A DNA stretch of 62,587 bases, filler included, from a bacterium (GTDB lineage: Bacteria > JAMOTN01), in assembly GCA_027062325.1 (NCBI GenBank). It is 7 parts of 7 records of this genome, joined end to end, with 100 filler letters (N's around TTAATTAATTAA, not from the genome) between each part and the next. Parts side by side here need not be neighbours in the genome. Positions count along the whole stretch, not along the records: positions 10,551 to 20,946 come from JAMOTN010000022.1; positions 21,047 to 30,111 come from JAMOTN010000027.1; positions 30,212 to 38,697 come from JAMOTN010000031.1; 4 more parts are not named here. One strand, written 5' to 3'. A program made the position numbers and the translations under genes. Under the pieces are notes generated by a model, which had not been told where the DNA came from, did not search any database, and saw only the letters and a program-made list of their open reading frames with translations. The number at the start of each line of letters is the position of its first letter. Position 1 is the first letter of the stretch. Of the stretch, positions 19,983 to 30,226 are shown in pieces.

Positions 19983-20946
19983 ATGGAAGGTGCTTTTGTT
20001 AGAAAGTGGAGAAGGATAGGAGAAATACTTATTGAAATGGGAGTTGTTACTAAGGAACAATTGGATGAAGCATTGACGGTTCAAGAAGAAAATCCTACTA
20101 AGAGAATAGGAGAAATATTGATTGAGCTTGGTTATGCGAAAGAAGAAGATATAGCTAGAGCTTTAGCAAGACAATACGGTGTTATGTACACCGACTTTAA
20201 AGATTTAACATACGACACTTCGTTAAAAGAAAACTTGCCTCAGCAGTTGTTTAAGAACTTTGAGTTTGTACCAGTTGATTACCAAGAGGGTGTTTTGACA
20301 ATTGTAGTATGGGATCCGACAAATGCTGAGATGTTTGAATTGATAGAGGCCTTGACTGGCTATACTGTCAAATTTTTGGTTTCAACCCGTGAAGCTATAA
20401 GAAAACAGTTGTATGGTGGTGGGGATGAAGAGGGAGGAGCCTTAGATAAAGTAAAAGTTGAAGAGGTTTTACAAGAGGTTGAGATGGAAGCAGGAGAAGG
20501 TGAAGGTGGAGAAGAAGGTGGAGAGCGTGCTGCTATAGATATATTGAAGCAAAGTGCTAATCAAAAGCCAATAGTGATGCTCGTTAATAAAATTATCCTA
20601 GATGCTTTGAAAAAAAAGGCAAGTGATATTCATATTGAGCCTGAAGAAAAGTACGTGCGTGTACGCTACAGAATAGATGGGATTTTATTTGAGCAAGCCA
20701 AGGTTAGTAAAAAGGCTCAAGATGCTATAATTTCTCGTATCAAAATTATGTCTAACCTGAATATTGCAGAGCGAATGATTCCTCAAGATGGAGCTTTTTC
20801 TATAAAAATGAGGGGTAAAAAAGTTGATTTTCGTGTATCAATATTGCCGGCGGTATGGGGCGAGGTCATAGTCATACGTGTTCTCGCAAAAGATAATTTG
20901 AAACTTGATTTGAGAGAGCTTGGTTTTGAAGAAGATGATTATAAAA
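19983..20946 (+). CDS. pilB: PilB/GspE family assembly ATPase with MshEN domain, 3' truncated
   Basis: Tandem RIGEILxxxG...Q (MshEN c-di-GMP motif), ASDIHIEP, RYRIDG, NIAER.IPQDG, DFRVS.LP. Confidence 0.9.
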
Positions 20947-21046
20947 NNNNNNNNNNNNNNNNNNNNNNNNNNNNNNNNNNNNNNNNNNNNTTAATTAATT
21001 AANNNNNNNNNNNNNNNNNNNNNNNNNNNNNNNNNNNNNNNNNNNN
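20947..21046. other. artificial contig linker
   Basis: N44-TTAATTAATTAA-N44. Confidence 0.99.
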
Positions 21047-21402
21047 TCCCTTATCCTTGGGATAATGTATCGGCCATGGTGTTTTATCCGGTTAACAACA
21101 CAGATTATATTGAGTATTACTTGGATTTGGATGTAAACAGCACTTATACATTTGATTTTTACTTTATGGGAATGCCGGACTCTTCAACTTTTGAAATAGA
21201 ACTGGATGGCGGTGGTTTGACAGTAGCAACAGGAGTGTTTGATACATACTCGGAAAGTCCCAAGCCTATAAAGGGTAGTTTGACAGTTGATGTTGGCGCA
21301 GGTTTTGGAGTTACGCGTTCCGTGAAGATGACAATAAGAAGTGGTTTCTCAATGGGAAACGTGTATCTTGACAAAATAGTCATAAGAAAGATTTCAGGAT
21401 AA
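21047..21402 (+). CDS. hypothetical protein, C-terminal fragment (beta-sandwich-like)
   Basis: Frame is open to the contig edge; beta-rich sequence ending VYLDKIVIRK. Confidence 0.6.
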
Positions 21403-21471
21403 GGGTTAAACATGAGAAAGAAGAACCTGTAGAGAGACTTGGATAAAGGTTTAGAGAGGTGATAAGCACTA

Positions 21472-21762
21472 ATGCGAGTTGAACCTGTAATGGTTTACAG
21501 TTTGAGTAGTCCAGGGATAAAAGATGTGAGATTAGAGGTAAACCCCTTAGGTGCACCACATGTGGGAAGAGGAGAAGCTAAGGTAGAATTTGAGAATACA
21601 GATATAGAGAGTCAAAAAATGACTGAAGGAGATATTAAAAATCAAGCTATTTACGCAGCTAAGTTGCACGAGGTTGGTGGACACTTTAATGTATCTAAGT
21701 TGAAAGAGATGGCGTTACAAAGTGGTATGACTCAAGGAGTATTTGTGGATATGACTTTGTGA
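21472..21762 (+). CDS. hypothetical protein
   Basis: 96 aa, GAGGTG RBS, typical coding-strand composition. Confidence 0.6.
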   Translation: MRVEPVMVYSLSSPGIKDVRLEVNPLGAPHVGRGEAKVEFENTDIESQKMTEGDIKNQAIYAAKLHEVGGHFNVSKLKEMALQSGMTQGVFVDMTL

Positions 21763-21799
21763 TTGCGTTGGTAAATTCGGAAAGTATCGCAAGTGTTGA

Positions 21800-22459
21800 A
21801 TGAAAAGGGGAGGAGAATTGGTGAGGAGAAAACAGCAATTTGTTTGGCGGGAATTTAGGCGAATTGGAAAGCTGTTGAGTGTAGATGGCCAGATTGCTGG
21901 TGGAAGTGGCAACATGAGTATGTGCAAGTTTGGACGCGTTTGGTATACAAAAAGTGGAGCTTTGCTAGGGGATTTGAAATTTTACGATATTGTGAGTTGT
22001 AAGTTGGAAAAAGCATTTACTTTTGAAAATGTGTGTAACAAGCGTGCAACGCGTGAGTCAATTGTTCACAATGCAGTATATGCTCATTGTTTTGGGGGTG
22101 GTATAAAGGCTATTGTTCACACTCATGCTTCAGAGGCAGTAGCTTTGAGTTTTCAGAGGCATGAAGCGAAAGGAGGTGTAGAGAGGTTAAAGCTTGTTGA
22201 TGCAGAAGGAGTTTATCTTTTTCCTGAAGGAGTTGAAATTATAAGAGTAAAAGAAAAAATTGGATCCAAGGATTTAGCAAGGGCGGTAGCAAGAGCTTTT
22301 GAAAGGCAGCTTAAGGAATACGAAAATTATGCCAGTTTTGCTGCTGTAATTGTAGCAGAGCATGGAGTATTTGCTGGAGCTAAAAATTTAGAAGAGGCTT
22401 ACATAGTGGCTAGCACAGTTTATAAAAGTGCAAAGCTTATATTCAATGGTTTGAAGTAA
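21800..22459 (+). CDS. class II aldolase/adducin family protein
   Basis: GNMS, TKSG, ESIVHNAVY, VHTHAS, EHGVFA (Zn-binding His set). Confidence 0.85.
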   Translation: MKRGGELVRRKQQFVWREFRRIGKLLSVDGQIAGGSGNMSMCKFGRVWYTKSGALLGDLKFYDIVSCKLEKAFTFENVCNKRATRESIVHNAVYAHCFGGGIKAIVHTHASEAVALSFQRHEAKGGVERLKLVDAEGVYLFPEGVEIIRVKEKIGSKDLARAVARAFERQLKEYENYASFAAVIVAEHGVFAGAKNLEEAYIVASTVYKSAKLIFNGLK

Positions 22460-22478
22460 TGTTAAAATTTTCATTGAG

Positions 22479-23186
22479 GTGTGTTTAATGTTTAAGTATC
22501 GCCCAATTTCAAGAAAATTTTCATTAGGTCTTGTAAAGTGCTTAGTTTTAGTGCTTGTTTTGATATTTATGCGTAATTGGGCGTGTTCATTTCACGATTG
22601 GAGTTCTTTAACTGTTCAAAAGTTTGATTTTGTTCCAAGAGATGTTGATATAGATGTTGCGTGGTGGTTAAAGCAACAACTTCAAACAGCTGGATTCAAA
22701 AAGGTGGTTATGGCTAAGACTGAAGGGGTAGATAGCAAATTAATTGCCAAAGTTTTAAAGTGGGCCTCTTTTGAAGTTAGATTTAGTCAAATGCCTTGGC
22801 GTCCTAGTGCGCCGCTTGAAATTTCTTCAGATGAAGTGGCAGTTTTTATCAAGTCAGTTGAGTACTTTGTTACTGATGAGTTTTACAAGGATAAGGCGAA
22901 TCCAGGAGTTTATTCGGTAATTGCAAAGTCTTCTAAAACTGTACGTTTAAAAGTCTTGTTAAAAGATGGTAGGATAGCTCTTATAGATGAAATATACCCC
23001 TATCACGAAGTAAATCTTGTTTTGCAACAGGAGGATGCAAAAGAGTGGTGGAAGCTTTTAGAGATGGAAGATAACTGGGGTTATTTTCCAGATTGGAGTT
23101 GGTATTCGCACGATTATGTGGAGATGGGGGCAACTTGTCCTACAACTTCTACTCAAGAGGTTGATAGGCCAGTTTTCAAATATTGA
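22479..23186 (+). CDS. hypothetical exported/membrane-anchored protein
   Basis: 235 aa, N-terminal hydrophobic segment, GAGGTG RBS. Confidence 0.6.
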   Translation: MCLMFKYRPISRKFSLGLVKCLVLVLVLIFMRNWACSFHDWSSLTVQKFDFVPRDVDIDVAWWLKQQLQTAGFKKVVMAKTEGVDSKLIAKVLKWASFEVRFSQMPWRPSAPLEISSDEVAVFIKSVEYFVTDEFYKDKANPGVYSVIAKSSKTVRLKVLLKDGRIALIDEIYPYHEVNLVLQQEDAKEWWKLLEMEDNWGYFPDWSWYSHDYVEMGATCPTTSTQEVDRPVFKY

Positions 23187-23277
23187 AGAGATATAGTTGC
23201 TTTTCGTTTAGTTTATTTACTGTGTTTTTACCTTATATTTTCACTAGCATTGATGTGTCCAATTTAAATACTTTAAG

Positions 23278-23286
23278 TGCTATAAT
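23278..23286 (+). promoter_or_regulatory. putative extended -10 promoter (TGcTATAAT)
   Basis: Exact TGnTATAAT in the intergenic gap upstream of the MoxR-smc-lptB run. Confidence 0.45.
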
Positions 23287-23331
23287 GAAGTATTGGAGGA
23301 TTGGAGTTTAATTTGGTGTTAGAATTTCGGT

Positions 23332-24165
23332 TTGAAAAGGTGGATGAATATGTTTCATAGAGGGAATCGCTTTTTTTCGAAAAGTGTATTTGCTTTATTC
23401 ATTTTTGTTGTAGTGATTGTGGTGAAGGCAGATACTTTGACTTACAGAGTTATTGGAAAGGCAGAGCCATTTGAAAAAGCCACGTTGGAAGTTATATTTA
23501 CTTTGTCTAACGTCAAAGATTTAAAGGACTTTTTAAAGTCCAAATGTGAAGTCACATTTAGTACCCCTGTGGATGTTTCTAATAAGCACTACTCTGGTGT
23601 TGATGTGGTTGTTGAGAATGGAAAGGAGATAGCAAGAAGAAGATGCTTCGTTGGGTTTGAGATACAAACTCCTGATACATGCGAGGTTTACATAGAGTGG
23701 TTTGGTTATTCTACAAAAGCTGTTTTATTTACTGGGTTGAAGGAGCCGGAGCCTGTAAAAATTGTACTGTTTGAGGATCCTATTAATAAGTTGCTGAAGT
23801 TTTCTTTTGTCATATTACTTTTATTAGCGGTGTGGTTGCTTTTCAGATATTTGGCTCGCCCCAAAATTGTTGAAGCTCGTGATTTGTTGAATCAGGCAAA
23901 AGAACTTTATTACTCTAATCCTCAGGATAAGGAATTGATCAAATTATTAAAAGAAGCGGTGAAATTAAAATTAACAGAATTGGGACATAGTTCTGCATGG
24001 TCTTTTACTTATAGAGATGTTAAAAAGTTTTTACCTGAGTTTTCCCGCACATGGCTTGAGATGGATAGAGTGTACTTTACAAACGAAAAATTGACCAAGG
24101 AGAGTGCGCAAAGGTTTTTGAAGGAGGTTGAAAATTTATTAGAGCGGCTTAATAGAGAAAAGTGA
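23332..24165 (+). CDS. membrane protein associated with MoxR operon (BatD-like architecture)
   Basis: Signal/TM, beta domain, TM, helical C-terminal domain; directly upstream of MoxR and DUF58. Confidence 0.55.
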   Translation: MKRWMNMFHRGNRFFSKSVFALFIFVVVIVVKADTLTYRVIGKAEPFEKATLEVIFTLSNVKDLKDFLKSKCEVTFSTPVDVSNKHYSGVDVVVENGKEIARRRCFVGFEIQTPDTCEVYIEWFGYSTKAVLFTGLKEPEPVKIVLFEDPINKLLKFSFVILLLLAVWLLFRYLARPKIVEARDLLNQAKELYYSNPQDKELIKLLKEAVKLKLTELGHSSAWSFTYRDVKKFLPEFSRTWLEMDRVYFTNEKLTKESAQRFLKEVENLLERLNREK

Positions 24166-24180
24166 TGGGAGGCGAAAGCT

Positions 24181-25149
24181 ATGGAGATGAATTTTGAAAA
24201 AGCTGCAGAGTTGGTTGAGGCTATAAAAGCAGAGGTTCACAAACGCATAGTGGGACAGGAGGAGTTTGTAGAGTTAACACTTGTTGCGTTGGTAGCAAAC
24301 GGTCACATATTAATAGAAGGTGTTCCGGGATTGGCTAAAACTTTTTTGGTTAGAACTTTGTCAGAGGTTTTAAATTTGGAGTTTAAAAGGATTCAATTTA
24401 CACCTGATATGCTTCCTTCCGACATAATAGGAGGTTTAATGTACAATCAGAAAAGTGGCGAATTTACTGCACAGAAAGGACCAGTATTTACCAATATGGT
24501 ATTGGCAGATGAGATAAACAGGGCTCCTGCTAAGGTTCAGAGTGCGTTGTTGGAAGCTATGCAGGAGAGAGAAGTGACAATTGGTGGGAACACATATCCG
24601 CTCCCTAAACCATTTTTAGTTATGGCAACTCAGAATCCTATAGAGCAAGAGGGGACGTATCCATTGCCAGAGGCTCAAGTTGATAGATTTTTAGTTAAGG
24701 CTGTTGTTACTTATCCATCCTTTGAGGAAGAGGTGGAGATAATAAACAGAGTTGCATTTGGAAGAAACATTCCTGTTAAGAAAGTTTGTTCGGGTGATGA
24801 GATTTTGGCTGTTAAAGAGCTACTTTCTAAGGTTGAAGTAAAAAGGGATATAAAGGAATATGTGGTTAGATTAGTTGATGCAACAAGAAATCCGGAAAAG
24901 TACGGGTTGGAGTTTTTGAAAGAGTATATAAAATGGGGAGCTTCTGTTAGAGCTTCAATAGCTATGATAGAGGTGGCCTCTGCTTTTGCTCTTATAGAGG
25001 GGAGAGACTTTGTGCTTCCTGATGATGTTAAGAGAGCTGCGCTTCCGGTTTTGCGTCACAGGGTTGTGCCAACATTTTTGGCAGAGGCTGAGGGAAAGAA
25101 TGCTGACTGGATAGTTGAGAATATTTTGAGGACAGTGAAATCTGCTTAG
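24181..25149 (+). CDS. MoxR family AAA+ ATPase
   Basis: GVPGLAKT, RIQFTPDMLPSD, LADEINRAPAKVQSALLEAMQE, ATQNPIEQEGTYPLPEAQ.DRF. Confidence 0.95.
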   Translation: MEMNFEKAAELVEAIKAEVHKRIVGQEEFVELTLVALVANGHILIEGVPGLAKTFLVRTLSEVLNLEFKRIQFTPDMLPSDIIGGLMYNQKSGEFTAQKGPVFTNMVLADEINRAPAKVQSALLEAMQEREVTIGGNTYPLPKPFLVMATQNPIEQEGTYPLPEAQVDRFLVKAVVTYPSFEEEVEIINRVAFGRNIPVKKVCSGDEILAVKELLSKVEVKRDIKEYVVRLVDATRNPEKYGLEFLKEYIKWGASVRASIAMIEVASAFALIEGRDFVLPDDVKRAALPVLRHRVVPTFLAEAEGKNADWIVENILRTVKSA

Positions 25150-25177
25150 TAGCACTTTTAGCATTGGAGGAGGAGCT

Positions 25178-26017
25178 ATGGAGCTTTTCACAGCTCAGAG
25201 AGCTGAGAGTATAGTTAGAGAAGTTTTTAAACGCCTGGGTTATCTTGAACTTAAATGGAAGGAAAAAATAGGAGAGAACTATCAAGGGGCTTGGAGAAGT
25301 AGATTTAAGGGAGAGGGGTTGGAGTTTGAAGAGCTTAGGAAATGGGATCCGGCTGATGATGTGAGAAAAATTGATTGGAGGGCAAGTGCTAGAAAAAATG
25401 AGTTGTACGTCAAGGTTTTTTCTGAAGAGAGAAGGGCAAATGTTGTGATATGGATGGATTCAGCGGAGAGTATGCGGTGGGGTACTAATGAAGTTAAGTA
25501 TGATAAGGCTTTTGAGGTTGCATCATTCTTTGCAATGCTTGCCTTAAAGTCCCAAGATAGAGTTGGTGTATTTGCAGATAGGTTTTATAGGCCCTCATCG
25601 AGGCGAGATGAGGTTATGGCTTTTTTACAAAAGATGTATTTGAGTGGAAGGTATTCATTAGAAGAGGCTGTACTGGAGTTGATGAAGTGGGGGCGAAGGT
25701 GTGTATTTGTGATAATTTCTGATTTCAATAACTTTGGAGCTTGGCGTAAGTTGATGGCAGTGTCAGTATTTGCAAAAGTTGTACCTGTGTTTGTTTACGA
25801 TAAGATAGAGGCGGACCTTCCGGTGTGGAGAGTTGTAGAGTTTTCAGGTAAGTGGAGATTTATTACCCCGTGGTATGCTGAAAGTTACAGAAAAAGATGG
25901 GAAGAGCTACTTTCTGTTTTAAGAAGAAATTTTTTGATATTAGAGACGGATTTGATAGAGTTATCAACAGCAGAAGATGTGGCTTTGAAAATTGGGAATT
26001 ACCTTGTAAGGAGTTGA
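25178..26017 (+). CDS. DUF58 domain protein
   Basis: GEGLEFEELR.W...DDVRKIDW.ASAR, EERR, IISDF. Confidence 0.9.
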   Translation: MELFTAQRAESIVREVFKRLGYLELKWKEKIGENYQGAWRSRFKGEGLEFEELRKWDPADDVRKIDWRASARKNELYVKVFSEERRANVVIWMDSAESMRWGTNEVKYDKAFEVASFFAMLALKSQDRVGVFADRFYRPSSRRDEVMAFLQKMYLSGRYSLEEAVLELMKWGRRCVFVIISDFNNFGAWRKLMAVSVFAKVVPVFVYDKIEADLPVWRVVEFSGKWRFITPWYAESYRKRWEELLSVLRRNFLILETDLIELSTAEDVALKIGNYLVRS

Positions 26018-26023
26018 AGTATT

Positions 26024-29000
26024 TTGCGCCTGGAGAGTTTGAACATTAAAAACTTTAAAAATATTCCTTCTTTATACCTTGAATTTAGTGAAGGAATAAC
26101 GGTTTTAACGGGCCCTAATGGAGTAGGAAAGAGCAATATTACAGATGCGATACTTTGGGTTATGGGAGAGAGAGCTGGTAAAAGATTAAGAGTTACGGAT
26201 AATGCTATGTTAGTAAGGCGTGGAGCTAGAAAGAGTGAAGTTGAGGCTGTTTTTGCAGGGGTTGAAAACGTTGGGTTACTGAAGGTGAGAAGGGTAGTTA
26301 CAGCTACTGGTGATCACACAGTTGTTGTTAATGGACGAGTTACGAGTGTTAAGAATCTTTCAAGAATTTTCTACGATACGGGATTGGGAGTGACTGGTTA
26401 CGGAATAGTTAACTTTCCCTTCATGATGGAAATAGTGTTCAATGAAGATAAAATTCAGCAGCTTTTAAAAGAGAGTGCAGGGGTTTGGGGATATTTAAAT
26501 AGAAAGGGTGAAGTTGAGGCTCAGATAGAGGATATAGCTTCCAAAATGCAAGATATTGCTCTAATTGTTGAAGAGAGAAAAAGTGTATTGAGTGAGGCAA
26601 GAAAGGAAGCAGCAGCTTTGAGACTTTACAGAATTTACCGGCGAAAATTTGAAGGGAGTTTAAAAGAGAGAAAAATTGTTGAACTTTCCTCTGTCCGTAG
26701 GGAGATTGAAGAATTGGAGAAAAGTTTAGATGAAAAAAGGAGAGAAAAGACTCGTTTGATTGAAGAGATTTCAAAAGTAGAGGAGAGAGTTGCTGTACTT
26801 GAGAATAGGTACAAAATGTTGTCCGAATGGCGTGGAAAAATTTATGAAGAGTTTGAAGGAAAAAGGAGAGAAATAGCAGAAAGAGTGGTTCACTCTGCCA
26901 ATTTGAAAGAAAAAATAGAGATACACAAGCATACTCTTTCTAGTTTAGAAAGAGAATTTGAAAGTTTAGAAAAGATGATAAATGAGTATCGAAAGGAGAA
27001 GGAAGAGATACTGAGTGAGTTAGAGAAGCTGCAGAAGGAATTTGATAAAGTTGTAGCTCTTTTAAATGAAGCGGGAGCTGTAGATGTGGATAGCTTGGTT
27101 AAAGAGGAGGCAAATTTAAGTGCTCGTTTGATGATGCTTGAGAAAAATATTGAATATGCTATGGCTGAGAAAAAGCGATTAGAGGAAGAGAAAAAAGAGA
27201 TAAAAAGAGAATTAGAGTTTTTGGAGGCTAGGTTAAAAGCTTTGGTAGAAGATAAGAAAGCTTTGTCAGATGAATTTGAAGCTGTTAAGGCCAGGTTGAA
27301 TGAGCTAGAGAAAGAATATGAGGAATTGGAAAGAGAAGAAGCTTCGTTGAAGAGTAAAAGTATGACGCTTGAGGCTAAGTTGAGTGAAATTAAGGGAGCT
27401 GTTTCTGCCAATGAAAGGCGATTGGAAGAATTGAGAGAAGAGCTTGAGAGAAGAATACCAGAGGCTGTGAGGTTTATTGAGGGGGATGGAAGAGTTGTTG
27501 GTGTAGTTGCTAGGATGATTGAGGTGCCATCTGAATACAGAGCAGCTATCTGGTCGGTTTTGGGAGCACGCCTCAACTATATCATAGTTCCGACTTTAAA
27601 AGATGCTTCTTTTCTTGCCAAAGTGGTGAAAAGTAGGGGATATGGAGGAGTGAGCTTTATAGCTCTTGAAAGGTTAGAGGAGATGAACTTTAGAAAACCG
27701 CCGTTGAAAAAGGGCATAGTGTGGGCGGTGGATGTTGTAGGTGGATTGCCTGAAAAGGTTGCACTATTTTTGCTTGCAGATGTGTTGATTGTGCCGACTT
27801 TAGATGAGGCTGTAGAGATTGCAAAGGAGTATCCTCGTTATCAAATAGTGACTTTAGATGGTGACAGGATTCAAAGGGCAGTTTTGACTGTGCCATCAAA
27901 GCGTGAAAATTTAATGTTGGATTTAGAGCGGGCTGAACGTACCCTTTTTGAATGGCAAGAGTTGGCAAGTTCTTATGAGTCGGAGTTGGAAAAAATTTCA
28001 GAGCGGTTAAGAAGTGTTGAGAGAAGAAAGGAAAAGTTGATTGAGGAGCTTGTAAATTTAAGGGGAGAATATGAGCGACTTCGTAGAGAGGTAGTTGAGA
28101 AAGGGGAAGATGAGGAAGATATAAGAAGTATGATAGATAGGTTGTCCGAGAAGTTGTCTTCGACCGTTGATTTTGACCTGCAAGAAATGGAGAAAGAGAA
28201 GAAAGAAGTAGAAGAAAAGTTGAGTCGAATTAAAGAGAAATTGGCACTTGTTGATGTTGAAAGGTTAAAAGAACTTTCAGAGCAAAAAATTGTTTTACAG
28301 CATAGAATTGAGAGGTTGGAGGATAAGTTGTCTGAGTTTGAAAAGAGTATTCAGTTTTACACAAATAAAAGGGATGAACTTTTGAAACAGATAAAAGAGA
28401 TTGAGGAGAAAGTTTCTGAGTGGATGGGTGAATTGGGGGAGATTGAAGAGAGAGATGAAAATTTAGATGAGGTAGAAGGGATTTATAAGTTGAAGTTGAC
28501 AAGATTGAAGGAGATTACTGAGAGAGTTGTTGAGATGAGAGATTACTATTTGCAAAAGCACCTTGATCAGCAAAAGATGTATGCTTCGTTGAAGTTTGAG
28601 TTGGAAGAGCTTGAAAGAAGGTTAAAGGTGCTGATTGAAAAAGAAAAGAAATTATCCGAGGAGATAAAATCTCTTTCTGACTTTTTTGGTGAAGGAGAGA
28701 AAAACCCAGAATTTTGGAAGTCTAAGATGGGTGAATTGGAAGCAAAAGGAGTAAACTTTGCAGCTGAAAGGCGTTACCTGACCCTGTTGGAGGATTTTTC
28801 AAAGACATATAGCAGATGGTTGGAGTTAGAAAGAGCTCAAAGGAGAGCTCGTAGTTTACTAAAAGAGATAGAGGGTGTTATAAATGAGAGAATCAAAGAA
28901 GTGAAAGAAAAGTTTTTGGAAAGTTTGCAAAGGTATCTCAGACATTTTTCCTTGAATTACACTCCAGAGTTTGAAGATGAAAGGTTAATATTGAGAAAGA

Positions 29001-29323
29001 GAGGTAATCGTATTGATCCGATGAGTTTATCTTCAGGTGAGAAGAATCTTTATGCTTTGTCGTGTTTATTTGCCCTTTTTTCCATAAAAAAACCTAACTT
29101 TATAGTTTTAGATGAGGTAGATGTGAATCTGGATTTTAGAAATTGCAGACGTCTTACTGCTCTGTTGGAGGAGCTGAAAGCTGATGCTCAACTAGTGGTT
29201 ATAACTCATAACAAAGATGTTATGCTGTGTGCCGACAAAATATACGGATTGACTAGTTCGAAAGGAAAATTAATGCTGCTAGAGATGGACATGAAAAAGC
29301 TTGAAGTTAGTAGAGTTAGTTAA
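26024..29323 (+). CDS. smc: chromosome segregation protein SMC
   Basis: Walker A GPNGVGKSN, long coiled coils, hinge (GVVARMIEV...AI..VLG..L), LSSGEK signature, LDEVD..LD, ITHN. Confidence 0.93.
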   Translation: MRLESLNIKNFKNIPSLYLEFSEGITVLTGPNGVGKSNITDAILWVMGERAGKRLRVTDNAMLVRRGARKSEVEAVFAGVENVGLLKVRRVVTATGDHTVVVNGRVTSVKNLSRIFYDTGLGVTGYGIVNFPFMMEIVFNEDKIQQLLKESAGVWGYLNRKGEVEAQIEDIASKMQDIALIVEERKSVLSEARKEAAALRLYRIYRRKFEGSLKERKIVELSSVRREIEELEKSLDEKRREKTRLIEEISKVEERVAVLENRYKMLSEWRGKIYEEFEGKRREIAERVVHSANLKEKIEIHKHTLSSLEREFESLEKMINEYRKEKEEILSELEKLQKEFDKVVALLNEAGAVDVDSLVKEEANLSARLMMLEKNIEYAMAEKKRLEEEKKEIKRELEFLEARLKALVEDKKALSDEFEAVKARLNELEKEYEELEREEASLKSKSMTLEAKLSEIKGAVSANERRLEELREELERRIPEAVRFIEGDGRVVGVVARMIEVPSEYRAAIWSVLGARLNYIIVPTLKDASFLAKVVKSRGYGGVSFIALERLEEMNFRKPPLKKGIVWAVDVVGGLPEKVALFLLADVLIVPTLDEAVEIAKEYPRYQIVTLDGDRIQRAVLTVPSKRENLMLDLERAERTLFEWQELASSYESELEKISERLRSVERRKEKLIEELVNLRGEYERLRREVVEKGEDEEDIRSMIDRLSEKLSSTVDFDLQEMEKEKKEVEEKLSRIKEKLALVDVERLKELSEQKIVLQHRIERLEDKLSEFEKSIQFYTNKRDELLKQIKEIEEKVSEWMGELGEIEERDENLDEVEGIYKLKLTRLKEITERVVEMRDYYLQKHLDQQKMYASLKFELEELERRLKVLIEKEKKLSEEIKSLSDFFGEGEKNPEFWKSKMGELEAKGVNFAAERRYLTLLEDFSKTYSRWLELERAQRRARSLLKEIEGVINERIKEVKEKFLESLQRYLRHFSLNYTPEFEDERLILRKRGNRIDPMSLSSGEKNLYALSCLFALFSIKKPNFIVLDEVDVNLDFRNCRRLTALLEELKADAQLVVITHNKDVMLCADKIYGLTSSKGKLMLLEMDMKKLEVSRVS

Positions 29324-29352
29324 AAGTGATAAAGTAAATAAGAGGTGAAGGC

Positions 29353-30069
29353 ATGCTTTGGGCTGAGAACTTGGTGAAGATTTACGGTGGGAGAAAAGTA
29401 GTAAATGGTGTTAGTTTAAGTGTGACTCCGGGAGAAGTGGTGGGATTACTTGGGCCGAATGGAGCTGGTAAGACGACCACTTTTTACATGATAGTTGGTT
29501 TGATAAGGCCAGATGATGGGCGTGTTTTTTTGGAGGGATTTGATCTCACAAAGCTTGCAATGTATGAAAGGGCACGTTTGGGGATCGGTTATCTTGCTCA
29601 GGAGCCCAGCATTTTTCAAAAGTTAACGGTAGAAGAAAATATAATGGCTATACTTGAATTTTTGCCTCTTTCTGGGGAGGAAAAGGAGCAGCGGCTCAAC
29701 AAACTTATAAGTGATTTGAATCTGGAGCATGTTAGAAAAAGTTTTGGTTATTCTCTTTCAGGAGGAGAAAGACGTCGTGTTGAAGTGGCCCGCGTCTTGG
29801 CTATAGAGCCCAAATACATACTTTTGGATGAACCATTTGCAGGTGTGGATCCTATAGCTGTTGGTGAAATTCAAAGTATTGTATTGAAGATGAAAGAGCT
29901 TGGTTTAGGTATATTAATAACTGATCACAATGTTAGGGATACTCTGAGGATTACGGACAGAGCGTATATAATGAGTGAAGGACGCATATTAATTTCGGGA
30001 ACACCAGAGGAGATAGCTGCCTCAGAGGTGGCAAGGAGGGTTTATCTTGGAGAAAATTTCGAGCTTTGA
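29353..30069 (+). CDS. lptB: LPS export ABC transporter ATP-binding protein
   Basis: [62 protein letters not shown]. Confidence 0.95.
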   Translation: MLWAENLVKIYGGRKVVNGVSLSVTPGEVVGLLGPNGAGKTTTFYMIVGLIRPDDGRVFLEGFDLTKLAMYERARLGIGYLAQEPSIFQKLTVEENIMAILEFLPLSGEEKEQRLNKLISDLNLEHVRKSFGYSLSGGERRRVEVARVLAIEPKYILLDEPFAGVDPIAVGEIQSIVLKMKELGLGILITDHNVRDTLRITDRAYIMSEGRILISGTPEEIAASEVARRVYLGENFEL

Positions 30070-30111
30070 TATATCTTCTTTTTCTATTGTGTTAATAATA
30101 GTTTTGGTGTT

Positions 30112-30211
30112 NNNNNNNNNNNNNNNNNNNNNNNNNNNNNNNNNNNNNNNNNNNNTTAATTAATTAANNNNNNNNNNNNNNNNNNNNNNNNNNNNNNNNN
30201 NNNNNNNNNNN
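30112..30211. other. artificial contig linker
   Basis: N44-TTAATTAATTAA-N44. Confidence 0.99.
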
Positions 30212-30226
30212 AAAGAGGGTGATGGG

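Noticed and set aside
23184-23267. Possible TGA readthrough giving a hydrophobic tail on 22479..23186
   Set aside because: TGA is a normal stop here (for example ATGA/GTGA overlaps), and T-rich intergenic DNA looks hydrophobic in any frame.
26439-28502. Long Ser/Leu/Phe-rich antisense ORFs inside smc, and similar ones inside many other genes
   Set aside because: Expected shadow frames of purine-rich coding strands, with no RBS or recognisable motifs.
26024-29323. SMC as a Wadjet/MksB-type defence ATPase
   Set aside because: It has a canonical hinge and no jetABD/mksEF-like neighbours; the context is housekeeping.
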